The position numbers and the translations under genes are program-made. Shown here piece after piece: positions 8,973 through 19,284 of a stretch of 64,000 nucleotides of DNA (its first letter is position 1; the number at the start of each line of letters is the position of its first letter). Origin of the DNA: a virus. The notes under the pieces were generated by a model. It was not told where the DNA came from. It saw nothing but the letters and a program-made list of their open reading frames with translations, and searched no databases. The stretch covers positions 32,001 to 96,000 of IMG/VR virus record IMGVR_UViG_3300030102_006261, one strand, 5' to 3'.

Positions 8973-10541
8973 ATGTCATCAAGTTTTAAAAACAACACCA
9001 CAAACGTCATAAAATCTTCTACTATTGGCACCCGCATATTGGCAGAGGTTCCAATTGGAAGTATTGAAGCTGGAACAACTGCTGGTGATGTATTAAGAAA
9101 TGGTTTTTCTGGTGCAACGTCTTTTTACTTTAGAGCTGGTGCAACAAGTGCTGCTGCCGCTCGTGTGTTTGGTGTTGTTGAAACCATTCAAGACAAAACT
9201 GCAAACGTTGTTTTACAGGGGCTAATTCAGTATCCTAGCACATTAATATCTGGTGATCCCACGAGTGAAAATTTCTTCCTGAGCGCAGCAACAGCGGGTA
9301 AAGTGCAAAGCTACGCACCACCACAAGCTAGTCAAATAAATAAAAAAGTTCTCCAACAAGTCACAGTGGGTGAATTTAACGCTGCGGTTATCGGAGCAAG
9401 TGATTTTGAATCCGGAGCAAACGTAGGAGAAATTCAAGCATCAAAAACAAGTGATGCTCCAGTTGGAACAGTTTTACCTTATCTTTCAGCGTCTGGTAGC
9501 ACGGCTGTAATTCCGGAGGGATGGGTTGATGGATCGACAATGCAATATTTGTCGGTGACAGAATTCGATGAATATAACACACAGTTTGGTGATATCTTTG
9601 GATTTGAAGAAACACTAACACTGTCGTTCCCAACTTCTGAATTCGCTTCTGGTTTAGTCGGTAAGCAAGTTGTAACCGATCAGGATCACCTGAATAAACA
9701 TGATCGTAGCACTGGTGGTGCTATTGTGACTAATGTTGACACAGCAAACAATAAGTTGACAATCAGGCAAAACAAGTATGATAGAGCACAATACGCTTCA
9801 GGTGTAACCGCTGGATCAACACCACTTTATTTGTATTTTATTCCGGATGACAATAATGGCTTCTTTGAACGTGGTGAACTAATAGGTTACATCAGCTCCG
9901 GTGTACATGATAAAAATGCTACACCCCATATTAGACATAACACGAACAAAATGTCAGAGCCATTTTCTGTTAACGGAACGTATCCTCTCTATAGCACACC
10001 GGGAGCCGCACACGTAGCAAGTCCAGACACCACAGATCCTAACTTTGCGGGTAGTAATTATCATGTTCACACTGGTGCGTTTTTTGGTAGCACCTACGGA
10101 AGCCAGCAGGATCAGGGTGTAGAATTTGGAGTTCTCGCCACCCATTTCCACAGTTACTATATGCCAAATGGGCTAGTATTGTTGGATAATTTTTCTAATG
10201 ATGGTATTTACAATAAAGAAGAATTGCAATACCATGGATCTTCTGGTGGTCAGCGTCTTTATGATGGAAGTCATAACAATCCTGTAACTGACTATCTGAT
10301 CAGACCAACTGGTAATGGAATACATACACATTACACTATGAAAGTGAAAAATATTGTTGCAGTTGACATACCCACTCAGGTGACAGTGCAGACATTAAAT
10401 GTAACACACGGTTTATCGGCTGGCTCCAGTGCGAATAATGTAGCAACTAGTGACGTTGCGTTAGATGTTCAATGTCTGAAAAATAGAATACGTGATCTAG
10501 AAATTAGAATCATGGGATCTGAGCAAAGCTGTGTGCTGTAA
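8973..10541 (+). CDS. Tail-collar-domain fibre protein
   Basis: PVGTVLPY....IPEGWV tail-collar-like motif; His-rich YPLY...HVH...YYMP segment; C-terminal coiled coil. Confidence 0.55.
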   Translation: MSSSFKNNTTNVIKSSTIGTRILAEVPIGSIEAGTTAGDVLRNGFSGATSFYFRAGATSAAAARVFGVVETIQDKTANVVLQGLIQYPSTLISGDPTSENFFLSAATAGKVQSYAPPQASQINKKVLQQVTVGEFNAAVIGASDFESGANVGEIQASKTSDAPVGTVLPYLSASGSTAVIPEGWVDGSTMQYLSVTEFDEYNTQFGDIFGFEETLTLSFPTSEFASGLVGKQVVTDQDHLNKHDRSTGGAIVTNVDTANNKLTIRQNKYDRAQYASGVTAGSTPLYLYFIPDDNNGFFERGELIGYISSGVHDKNATPHIRHNTNKMSEPFSVNGTYPLYSTPGAAHVASPDTTDPNFAGSNYHVHTGAFFGSTYGSQQDQGVEFGVLATHFHSYYMPNGLVLLDNFSNDGIYNKEELQYHGSSGGQRLYDGSHNNPVTDYLIRPTGNGIHTHYTMKVKNIVAVDIPTQVTVQTLNVTHGLSAGSSANNVATSDVALDVQCLKNRIRDLEIRIMGSEQSCVL

Positions 10542-10558
10542 ACTAGGAGAGCTTATTA

Positions 10559-11137
10559 ATGGGATGTAACTGTGGTAAAAAGAAAAAACAACAACAGCTC
10601 AAAAAATTCAAAGAAGAAAAAGAAAAAAAATTAAGTATAAGAAAATCTTGGGTTGACTTACGTAAAGAGGTTTCTAGAAATCTTACCCTAGTTCAAAGTT
10701 TTGGTCTTTCAATGGCTTCTAGGGGGATCAGAAATAAAAAAATTGATGGTCCAGTAAAACAATTGAGAGTGTTGAGCTGCTTTGGTAATCAAGGTGTTGG
10801 TGGTGAACTGATACCGTGTGAGGGTCTAAAAGAAAGTAAAACTGAGGGAAGACACTTCTGTGGATTGTGTGGTTGTGGTGATAGATCTGGCACACACCTA
10901 ATCTCAAACGGTGAAAAATATAGTAAGTTAGATTATCCCGTCTTATCGTGTCCACTACAAATGCCTGGATTTAGTAATTACGAACCGAGCGATGAGGAGG
11001 ATAGATTACCACCAATGTCAAGAAAAGCTTATATTGACAATCGTTTAACTCCACAGGACATACAGAAAATAGAAGTTTCTGTTCCAGAAAAAGATGAAAA
11101 ATTAAAAAAAGAAATAGAAGAGCATATCAAGGATTAA
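10559..11137 (+). CDS. Cys-rich hypothetical protein, probably metal-binding
   Basis: AGGAG SD; MGCNCG, CGLCGCG and CP motifs. Confidence 0.65.
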   Translation: MGCNCGKKKKQQQLKKFKEEKEKKLSIRKSWVDLRKEVSRNLTLVQSFGLSMASRGIRNKKIDGPVKQLRVLSCFGNQGVGGELIPCEGLKESKTEGRHFCGLCGCGDRSGTHLISNGEKYSKLDYPVLSCPLQMPGFSNYEPSDEEDRLPPMSRKAYIDNRLTPQDIQKIEVSVPEKDEKLKKEIEEHIKD

Positions 11138-11151
11138 TCATTTACTCTTAT

Positions 11152-11159
11152 TATAAATA
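11152..11159 (+). promoter_or_regulatory. T4-type late promoter (gp55-dependent)
   Basis: Exact TATAAATA in the intergenic gap, before the AGGAGG SD and gp13 start. Confidence 0.8.
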
Positions 11160-11176
11160 TAAAGTAGGAGGTAAAT

Positions 11177-11983
11177 ATGGCAACTCCAGATTCTAAACAG
11201 GGGATTATTGATTATGCTTTTAGGCGACTAGGTGCGCCCGTAATCGAGATAAACGTAGATCAAGAGCAAGCAGAAGAGCGTGTTGATGATGCGTTGCAGT
11301 TTTTCTCTGAGCGACACTTTGATGGTGTTGAGAGAGTTTATTTTGCGTATCAAATAACACAAGATGATCTAGATAATAAATTCATAGACACAAATAGTAT
11401 AGGACCGGCGAACGGTTCTGGTAATGATGGTCCAACCGGAAAAGATATCTTATCAATAGTAAGGGTATTTCCTTTTGGTGACTTTGGTAACATAAACATG
11501 TTTGATGTCAGATATCAAATGGCATTAACAGACTATTTTGGTATAAATCGAGGTCTTGGTGCTAATAGTTCAATGGGTATTGCTCGATATGATTCAACAA
11601 AGCGATATATTAATCTAATTCAACAAATATTTGATCCGGAAAAAGCATTGAGCTTTAGTAAAGTAACAAATAGATTACACCTAGAAATGAATCATAGTGA
11701 GGATATTAAAGAAGGTGAGTTTATTATACTAGAGGCATACGCATCGTTAAATCCAGATGTATTCACTGAGATTTATAATGATCGTCTTTTGAAAGAGTAT
11801 GTTACCGCTCTTATTAAACGTCAATGGGGGCTCAATTTATCTAAGTTCGACGGTGTTCAGTTGCCAGGTGGAGTTACTCTTCGTGGTGGGCAGATATATC
11901 AAGAGGCACTAGCTGAGATCGCTCAATTAGAACAAAGAGTTTACTCAGAGTATGAGCTTCCATCAGACTTTATGGTTGGATAA
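11177..11983 (+). CDS. gp13: Neck protein gp13
   Basis: RRLGAPVIEINV, HFDG, LK.Y.TALIKRQWG.NLSKF.GVQLPGGVT..G motifs. Confidence 0.92.
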   Translation: MATPDSKQGIIDYAFRRLGAPVIEINVDQEQAEERVDDALQFFSERHFDGVERVYFAYQITQDDLDNKFIDTNSIGPANGSGNDGPTGKDILSIVRVFPFGDFGNINMFDVRYQMALTDYFGINRGLGANSSMGIARYDSTKRYINLIQQIFDPEKALSFSKVTNRLHLEMNHSEDIKEGEFIILEAYASLNPDVFTEIYNDRLLKEYVTALIKRQWGLNLSKFDGVQLPGGVTLRGGQIYQEALAEIAQLEQRVYSEYELPSDFMVG

Positions 11984-11985
11984 TA

Positions 11986-12930
11986 ATGGCAAGAAATCCC
12001 TACATACGCGATGTAAATTCAGAGCAAAAGCTTGTTGAAGACCTAACTATTGAAACAATAAAGTCAATGGGTAGGAACATGGTGTACATTCCCAGAAAAC
12101 TACAGAGTGAGGATGATTTATTTGGTGAAGATGTAAACTCCAAGTTTGACGATGTTTATGACTTGGAAATGTATATTCTCAATGTCAGTGGGTTTGAGGG
12201 TGAGGGTGATATAATTGCAAAGTATGGTTTAGAAATCAAGGATAGAGCAACTTTTGTAGTGGCAAGAAAAAGATTTACAGACGAAGTAACCGAAGCCGAT
12301 GGATCAATTGATCGTCCAAGAGAGGGTGATCTAATATATTTTCCTCTAACTAAGGCACTTCTAGAAATCAATTTCGTGGAGCACGAAAATCCTTTTTATC
12401 AGCTAGGTTCATTATATACTTTTACATTGGTTTGTGAGACATTTACTTACAATAACGAAAAGTTTGATACTGGCATAGAAGATTTAGATGACATATTTAA
12501 AGACAGGAGAAAGAAAACAAGATCTCTTGTGCTTACTGGATCCCCCATCGCAGAGGGCAGCACCGGAAGAACCGCCAGCAATTATTTCCAAGGAGAGGTG
12601 CTTTTCCAAGTCGCAGGTCAACAAGGAGATACATTCTCGAATGCATCTGCAACTGCTGATATTGTTGACTGGGATGCCAATTCTAAGACACTACTCATCA
12701 CGAATATCTCCGGAAATCTTCTGTATACCTCAAACACAGAGAGTGTCAAGGGTGCCTCATCTGGAGCGGAGTACCTGATAACCACAGACGCAACCGCAGA
12801 TATAATAATACAGCACAACATAGAGGACAATGAGTTCTTTGGTGACAATGAATCAATTGAATTGGAAGGAAACATCGATAATATTATTGACTTCAGTGAC
12901 TCTGATCCATTCTCGGAGGGCAATTTCTAG
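11986..12930 (+). CDS. gp14: Neck/head completion protein gp14
   Basis: YIPR, LFGED..SKF, RPREGDLIYFP, FVEHE.PFYQLG motifs; terminal DFS..PF. Confidence 0.92.
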   Translation: MARNPYIRDVNSEQKLVEDLTIETIKSMGRNMVYIPRKLQSEDDLFGEDVNSKFDDVYDLEMYILNVSGFEGEGDIIAKYGLEIKDRATFVVARKRFTDEVTEADGSIDRPREGDLIYFPLTKALLEINFVEHENPFYQLGSLYTFTLVCETFTYNNEKFDTGIEDLDDIFKDRRKKTRSLVLTGSPIAEGSTGRTASNYFQGEVLFQVAGQQGDTFSNASATADIVDWDANSKTLLITNISGNLLYTSNTESVKGASSGAEYLITTDATADIIIQHNIEDNEFFGDNESIELEGNIDNIIDFSDSDPFSEGNF

Positions 12931-13703
12931 TGTTTGAATATTATAACAATGAGGCTTTACGTAAACTGGTAATTGGATTTGGTTCATTATTTGATGATAT
13001 TCTAGTCTCAAAAGATGATAACCAAGGAAACTCTTTAGAAAAAATTAGAGTCCCTCTTTCATATGGACCTAAAGAAAAATTCATACAAAGAATACGACAG
13101 TTAAGCTCGATATCAGACGAGGTTCGTTTACAGACCACAATGCCCAGGCTGGCATTTGAGTTACTGAGTCTAACTTATGATCCAACAAGAAAAGCTAACA
13201 AACTAAGAAAAACTTCAAAAATATATGATACAGGCGCAACTAGCTTTAGTTTTTCAGAAGTTCCTTATATTGCATCTTTCGGTCTTTACACTTTCACTAG
13301 AAATATCAACGAAAACTTGCAAGTTATAGAGCAGATATTACCATACTTTCAACCAGAATTTGTAATATCATTAAATATAAACGAGGTAAACAAAAGAGTT
13401 GACGTTCCTATCATACTAAACGGTCTTAGTATAACCGAAGATTATGAGGGTGGTTATGATACTCGAAGAAGTGTCAACACCGTTTTTCAGTTCACCGCAA
13501 AGACCTACGTTTACGGACCAATCAAAACTAAGCCAATTATTACAGGTGTTACTGCTGAAATATTCAACATTCTAGGTAACACTGGTTTTGGTGGAGATGG
13601 TTTTACATCAGAGTCTATCGGTATTGTTGGTGCTACCGGAGAAATTACTAGTGACGGAACACTCACAAGAAATAAACCTTTTGATACGGATGCGGGAGTA
13701 TAA
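12930..13703 (+). CDS. gp15: Tail sheath stabiliser/terminator gp15
   Basis: FG.LF.DI, VPLSYGPKEKF, PR..FE....YD..RK, QVIEQILPYFQP, FTAKTY.YGP motifs. Confidence 0.92.
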   Translation: MFEYYNNEALRKLVIGFGSLFDDILVSKDDNQGNSLEKIRVPLSYGPKEKFIQRIRQLSSISDEVRLQTTMPRLAFELLSLTYDPTRKANKLRKTSKIYDTGATSFSFSEVPYIASFGLYTFTRNINENLQVIEQILPYFQPEFVISLNINEVNKRVDVPIILNGLSITEDYEGGYDTRRSVNTVFQFTAKTYVYGPIKTKPIITGVTAEIFNILGNTGFGGDGFTSESIGIVGATGEITSDGTLTRNKPFDTDAGV

Positions 13704-14155
13704 TGAGTGAATCTAGTTATGATAAAATTTCTGATGCATTAGAGACAACATTCAAATCGAAAGAAATAGTGAAAAAAGAAGTAAAGGAAATTTCGGTATC
13801 TGATGAGGACCGATTTAAAAAAGACTTCTCTGACGTTAGAACTAATATCAGAGAATTGATCGACACCGGAAAAGATGCGATTGATGGGATACTTAAAGTG
13901 GCTACAGAGGGTGATGCCCCTCGTGCGTATGAGGTGGTATCACAATTGTTAAAAACTGTCTCTGAAATGAACCACGATTTAATCGATCTACATAAGAAAA
14001 CAAAAGATATAACAAAGGAGGAGACAGTAAATAATACACATAATTCAATTTATGTGGGCTCAACCTCCGATTTACAGGACTTAATTAACTCCTCACGGAG
14101 TAGAAAAAAAGTTATACAAAATGAAAATGTAATTGATCATGACGACGAAACGTGA
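13703..14155 (+). CDS. gp16: Terminase small subunit gp16
   Basis: PRAYEV..QL.K and ..VGST.DLQ motifs; position before gp17. Confidence 0.88.
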   Translation: MSESSYDKISDALETTFKSKEIVKKEVKEISVSDEDRFKKDFSDVRTNIRELIDTGKDAIDGILKVATEGDAPRAYEVVSQLLKTVSEMNHDLIDLHKKTKDITKEETVNNTHNSIYVGSTSDLQDLINSSRSRKKVIQNENVIDHDDET

Positions 14156-15788
14156 CGGATATTTAGGAAACCCAAATCTAAAAGCAGCGGGTGTTGAATT
14201 AGACTATACCGAGGAGCAAGTCAAAGAATATATTAAATGCTCTCAGGATCCATCCTACTTCATCAAGAAGTACATCAAGGTAGTCTCTCTAGACGAAGGA
14301 TTGGTACCATTTGGATTATATGACTACCAAGAAGATATAATAGAAACTGTTCACAACAACCGATTTGTGATCGCAAAACTACCTCGTCAGTCAGGTAAGT
14401 CAACAACAATTATTGCCTATATTTTACATTATATTATGTTCAATCAGAGCATGAGTGTTGCAGTTCTTGCAAACAAGCAATCAACCGCACGAGATATTTT
14501 ATCTCGTTTGAAGTTAGCATATGAATATTTACCATTATGGCTTCAGCAGGGTATAGTTGAATGGAACAAAGGTAGTATTCAACTTGAAAACGGCTCTAAG
14601 ATTCTCGCGTCGTCCACATCAGCATCTGCGGTTCGTGGTGGTTCGTATAACATGATCTTCCTTGATGAGTTCGCTCACGTTCCTGTTCACATTGCGGAGG
14701 AGTTTTTTAGTTCAGTATATCCAACAATTACGTCTGGACAAACCACCAAAGTTCTTATGGTATCAACTCCAAACGGATTGAATATGTTTTATCACTTCTG
14801 GCGAGGTGCGACAAAGAAACAGGGTGAGCCGGGTAAAAATGAGTATATCCCAATTGAGGTTCACTGGAGTAATGTTCCACTATACCCAAATGGTCCTATG
14901 CGAGACGAAGAGTGGAAACGAAAACAGATAGCAAATACGAGTGAGCAGCAATTTGAATCTGAATTCGAATGTGACTTTGTTGGTTCAACGAATACTTTAG
15001 TAAATAGCGCAAAACTAAAATGTTTATCTTGGATTTCACCCATAGAAAAAACAAATGATGGATTGATGATTTATGAGCAACCAAAAAAGGATCATACTTA
15101 TGTAATTACCGTAGACACTGCGAGAGGACAGGGGAAGGACTACAGCGCATTTGCGGTTATTGATATTACCGAGCCACCATATAAAGTGGTAGCTAAGTTT
15201 AGAAACAATTTAATATCACCTTTGGTTTATCCCACTGTTATAAAATCAGTGGCTGAGAAATATAATCAAGCTTTTTGTTTAGTTGAAATTAATGATATTG
15301 GTCAGCAAGTGGCTGATATTTTACATCGTGATTTAGAATATGAACATGTATTGATGACGGTATATAAAGGAAGGGCTGGACAACAAATATCTGGTGGCTT
15401 CGGTGGAGGAGGTACATCTCTCGGTGTTCGAACAACCACACCCGTCAAGAAATTGGGTTGCTCTGTTCTAAAAAGTTTAGTGGAAAATGATAAACTAATC
15501 ATAGAAGATGTTGACATGGTGAATGAAATGATAACCTTTGTAGCAAAAGGTCAATCTTTTGAGGCGGACGAGGGTCACAATGACGATTTAGCCATGTGTT
15601 TAGTTTTATTTGGTTGGTTAACTAGACAGGACTATTTTAAAAACTTAACAAACTTAGACATCAGAACCGACATTTACAAAGAGGAAATGGAAAGAATAGA
15701 AGAGGAGATACTCCCATTTGGGTTCATAAGCACTGAGGACAACACAGATACATATATTGACTCTAATGGAGATAGATGGGAAGCATGA
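14139..15788 (+). CDS. gp17: Terminase large subunit gp17
   Basis: YLGNPNLK, Walker A PRQSGKST, Walker B IFLDEFA, STPNG, nuclease VDTARG.G.DYSA and HNDDL.M. Confidence 0.96.
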   Translation: MTTKRDGYLGNPNLKAAGVELDYTEEQVKEYIKCSQDPSYFIKKYIKVVSLDEGLVPFGLYDYQEDIIETVHNNRFVIAKLPRQSGKSTTIIAYILHYIMFNQSMSVAVLANKQSTARDILSRLKLAYEYLPLWLQQGIVEWNKGSIQLENGSKILASSTSASAVRGGSYNMIFLDEFAHVPVHIAEEFFSSVYPTITSGQTTKVLMVSTPNGLNMFYHFWRGATKKQGEPGKNEYIPIEVHWSNVPLYPNGPMRDEEWKRKQIANTSEQQFESEFECDFVGSTNTLVNSAKLKCLSWISPIEKTNDGLMIYEQPKKDHTYVITVDTARGQGKDYSAFAVIDITEPPYKVVAKFRNNLISPLVYPTVIKSVAEKYNQAFCLVEINDIGQQVADILHRDLEYEHVLMTVYKGRAGQQISGGFGGGGTSLGVRTTTPVKKLGCSVLKSLVENDKLIIEDVDMVNEMITFVAKGQSFEADEGHNDDLAMCLVLFGWLTRQDYFKNLTNLDIRTDIYKEEMERIEEEILPFGFISTEDNTDTYIDSNGDRWEA

Positions 15789-15807
15789 ATTCCTAAATGT
15801 ATATTTG

Positions 15808-15815
15808 TCTAAATA
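15808..15815 (+). promoter_or_regulatory. Probable late promoter variant
   Basis: TCTAAATA (1 mismatch to TATAAATA) in the gap before the sheath gene. Confidence 0.5.
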
Positions 15816-15839
15816 CATTAGTATCATTGGAGAAATAAC

Positions 15840-17189
15840 ATGCCCACAGATATTACTGTATCAGTAAATGACGAACGATTTATAGTACCCAGACAAGAGA
15901 CTTCTAGTGATTTTGTCGCTGGTTTTTTAAGTAAAGTACCAGAAAACGAATTAATACGAGCGTTAGGAAGCACCGGAGAGAGACAACAGGGATTCTTAGT
16001 TGTACCTGAACTGTCTGACTGGTTTGCCCGACTTAATAATCCACTTGGTACAGACATGCTTACCGATGGACATGATGCCTATAGTGGCTCTGAGAACGGA
16101 GCAGCGGCAGGAGCTAGATTAAATGGAACCAACCCACGCTGGCCAGACGGACCAACAGGATCTTGGGAAAGAGAATGGTACGCTGTACACAATTACCTTA
16201 AATATGGTGGTTCCGCTGTTGTTGCTGGCACTGGTTCAGTTCAAAATACAGTCTCACCCAAAAATACTTTAGCTGATTATACAGATCAACTTGACATTAT
16301 CTTCGCTGCTACGGGAGGTGTTTTAGCTAACACTGACATCTCCTTCGTTGCCAATACCAGAGAGGATGTTATTGGTATTCTTGGAGCAGGGTTCAGTGGG
16401 GATGTAATTCCAAGTCTTCTTTACAACGGGTTAACTGGATTTTCTGGACCTGGTATTACTCACAGTAAATATACATTCTCTGTTCCCGGAACTAAATTCC
16501 ATCTTAAAACATCTAGAAACATTCAAACAGAGACTGATTTTGATCTACTTCAGGAATCATTCCTAGCCCCAGACATCGCTGGTTGCTTTGCAAGAACCAT
16601 GGTCGAGGGTAGATCATTCAAATCACCTGCTGGAATGGAAAGAGGAAAAATTTTAGACGTTGTTAGAATAGGAAAAGTTATTAGTGACAATGAATATGAT
16701 CTCCTATACAACGCAGGAATAAACCCAGTTAGAACTTTCCCAGAGGGTTCATTCTTATTCGGAGATAAGTCAGGAGAGTCTGTTCCCGGTGGTGTTAATA
16801 CTGAAGGAGGTGACATTGCCACTCCTCCCATGGGTGGGGAAGTCAATAAGACTGGTGTTAAGGTATTCAGTAGAATCAACGTTGTTAGAACATTCCTTTT
16901 CCTCAAAAATGTCCTCGGTGAGTCTGCCAGAAGATTCTTATTCGAGATCAATGATGGTTCAACAAGACAAGCGTTCATAAGCACAATAACACCAATTCTT
17001 AGGTCTGTTGAAGCAGGAAGAGGAATTAGTGAATTCAGTGTGGTTTGTGATGAGAGTAACAATACACAAGCAGTCATAGATGCGAATGAGTTTGTTGCTG
17101 ACGTGTTTATCAAACCAATAAAATCTATTAACTTTATCAGGTTGAGATTCACTAATAAAGATAATAATCAAGAACTGATCACAGAATAG
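15840..17189 (+). CDS. gp18: Contractile tail sheath protein gp18 (short, divergent)
   Basis: NYLKYGG, DIAG..AR, SPAG..RG, LY..GINPV, LFGDK, FSRINV.R.F, LFE.ND, VVCDESNNT..VID.NEF.AD..IKP..SINFI.L.F. Confidence 0.92.
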   Translation: MPTDITVSVNDERFIVPRQETSSDFVAGFLSKVPENELIRALGSTGERQQGFLVVPELSDWFARLNNPLGTDMLTDGHDAYSGSENGAAAGARLNGTNPRWPDGPTGSWEREWYAVHNYLKYGGSAVVAGTGSVQNTVSPKNTLADYTDQLDIIFAATGGVLANTDISFVANTREDVIGILGAGFSGDVIPSLLYNGLTGFSGPGITHSKYTFSVPGTKFHLKTSRNIQTETDFDLLQESFLAPDIAGCFARTMVEGRSFKSPAGMERGKILDVVRIGKVISDNEYDLLYNAGINPVRTFPEGSFLFGDKSGESVPGGVNTEGGDIATPPMGGEVNKTGVKVFSRINVVRTFLFLKNVLGESARRFLFEINDGSTRQAFISTITPILRSVEAGRGISEFSVVCDESNNTQAVIDANEFVADVFIKPIKSINFIRLRFTNKDNNQELITE

Positions 17190-17198
17190 GAGTAAGTA

Positions 17199-17726
17199 AT
17201 GCCAGGACCATCTAGTCTTTCAACTTTTATTAACGAATTTAAGGGTGGTAACCGCGCTCACCGTTATCGAGTTAGCGGAGAAATTGGACCAACAGATCCA
17301 TCTCGTGGTCTAAATAAATTTTTTGTGCGAGCAGTAAGTCTACCACCATCGCAGATTAATGAAATTCGTATTCCATATAGAGGTAGAATTCTAAAGTGGC
17401 CAGGTGACAGAGTGTATCAACCATGGACTATTAGAATTCTAGATGAAAATGGTAATGATAACAACTTGTGGAAAGCATTCCACAAGTGGAGTGATGAAAT
17501 CAATAACCACATTGAAAATGATCAGAAGTTAGATAACTTGGATGATTTTGCAGTTGACTGGGTAATTGAGCAGGTTGATGAAAATGAAGATGTTACAAAA
17601 AGAATTGATCTTATTGGATGTTGGCCAAATCTAGTGGGTCCAATAGACATGGACGCAAACGCCGTTGACACTTTAGTAGAATTTAACGTGGTAGTGAATT
17701 ATCAATATTATGATTTAGTGGATTAA
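17199..17726 (+). CDS. gp19: Tail tube protein gp19
   Basis: GG.R...Y.V, A.SLP.S, PYRGR..K.PGDR...W, WP..VGPID motifs. Confidence 0.9.
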   Translation: MPGPSSLSTFINEFKGGNRAHRYRVSGEIGPTDPSRGLNKFFVRAVSLPPSQINEIRIPYRGRILKWPGDRVYQPWTIRILDENGNDNNLWKAFHKWSDEINNHIENDQKLDNLDDFAVDWVIEQVDENEDVTKRIDLIGCWPNLVGPIDMDANAVDTLVEFNVVVNYQYYDLVD

Positions 17727-17739
17727 TTAGGAGTATATT

Positions 17740-19284
17740 ATGGCATTAGACCTATTTGGTTTTACAATAGAAAAGAAGTCTAAACGTGAACAACAGGTAG
17801 AGGCTGTTAAGAAAGAAACTTTTGTTTCTCCAGATGAATACGACGGAAGTTATAACTTCGAAACTGGCGGAGTTTTTGGTACATATGTGGATTTTTCTGG
17901 TGCTGTTCGAGACGAAAACGCAGCACTTTCCATGTACAGAACCATGGCTCTATATCCAGAGGTAGATTCTGCGATAGAGGATATCGTAAATGAAGCGATA
18001 GTTCTCGACGAGGATCGAAGACCTATTAAGTTAGATCTTGATCGTGTTGATATATCTGAAACAATTAAAAATAAAATTTATGATGAGTTTAATATAATTC
18101 TAAAACTATTAGATTTTGGTAAAAAATCACATGAAATTTTTAGACGTTGGTATATTGATTCAAAATTATTTTATCACATTGTAATAGACAAAACAGATCC
18201 AAGACGAGGTATTCAAGACTTGCGAGCGATAGATCCTTTAAACATTAAAAAGGTTAAAAAGGTTCTTCGAGACAAAGAAAAATTAGGTCAAGGTGCCGCT
18301 AAAATCCCAATGGTTACTGGTATGGATGAGTTTTTTGTTTACACAAATACAGACAAAAAATCAATGTACCAAACACCTGCGAGTGGTATCAAGATTAGCT
18401 CAGATTCAATCTGCTACTGTCATTCTGGAATCATAGATGCCAATACAAAACGTGTTGTTGGGTATCTCCAGAAAGCAATTCGACCTCTAAACATGCTCAG
18501 ACAAATAGAAGATGCTGTTGTTATCTACAGAATATCTAGAGCACCAGAGAGAAGAATATTCTACATTGATGTGGGTAATTTACCAAAACAAAAAGCAGAG
18601 CAATATCTTAGATCTCTGATGACTAGGTATAGAAGTAAGTTAGTCTATGATCAGGGTACCGGTGAAATTAGAGACGATAGAAGACATATGTCCATGCTTG
18701 AAGACTACTGGTTGCCTCGTAGAGAGGGTGGTAGGGGAACTGAAATTTCAACTCTTCCCGGTGGACAGAACCTTGGAGAAATGACTGATGTTGAATATCT
18801 TTTGAGAAAGGTATACAACGCTCTGAACGTGCCAATCACCAGAATGTTACCACAAGATGGATTCAATCTAGGTAGATCTGCTGAAATCACTCGTGATGAG
18901 GTTACCTTCTATAAATTTATAGAACGATTGAGAATGAAATTTTCCTTGATGTTCCTACAACTCCTAAGAGTTCAGTTAATACTAAAGGGAGTGATGACAG
19001 AAGAGGAATGGAACACTATTCAGAGTGACATATTCTTTGTTTTTGCAAAGGATTCCTACTTCAATGAGATGAAAGAAGCAGAGGTGCTGAGAAATAGAAT
19101 AGACATGGCAGCAGCACTTGAACCTCTAGTTGGTAAATATTATTCTACCAGATATATTCGTAAAAACATCCTCAAGCAAACAGAAGAAGAAATCAGAATT
19201 ATAGATACTGAAAATATGGCAGAATTAGCGTCTCAACCACAGCAAATGCTACCACCAGGTCAAGAATCGGGAATGATTCAATGA
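17740..19284 (+). CDS. gp20: Portal vertex protein gp20
   Basis: PEVDSAIEDIVNEAI, FRRWYID, EDAVVIYRISRAPERRIFYIDVGNLPK, EDYWLPRREGGRGTEI.TLPGGQNLG. Confidence 0.97.
   Translation: MALDLFGFTIEKKSKREQQVEAVKKETFVSPDEYDGSYNFETGGVFGTYVDFSGAVRDENAALSMYRTMALYPEVDSAIEDIVNEAIVLDEDRRPIKLDLDRVDISETIKNKIYDEFNIILKLLDFGKKSHEIFRRWYIDSKLFYHIVIDKTDPRRGIQDLRAIDPLNIKKVKKVLRDKEKLGQGAAKIPMVTGMDEFFVYTNTDKKSMYQTPASGIKISSDSICYCHSGIIDANTKRVVGYLQKAIRPLNMLRQIEDAVVIYRISRAPERRIFYIDVGNLPKQKAEQYLRSLMTRYRSKLVYDQGTGEIRDDRRHMSMLEDYWLPRREGGRGTEISTLPGGQNLGEMTDVEYLLRKVYNALNVPITRMLPQDGFNLGRSAEITRDEVTFYKFIERLRMKFSLMFLQLLRVQLILKGVMTEEEWNTIQSDIFFVFAKDSYFNEMKEAEVLRNRIDMAAALEPLVGKYYSTRYIRKNILKQTEEEIRIIDTENMAELASQPQQMLPPGQESGMIQ

Noticed and set aside
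10527-10590. Eukaryotic lipidation signals (C-terminal SCVL as CaaX; N-terminal MGCNCGKKKK as myristoylation)
   Set aside because: The Cys is third rather than fourth from the end, and the context is a bacteriophage with no modifying enzymes visible.
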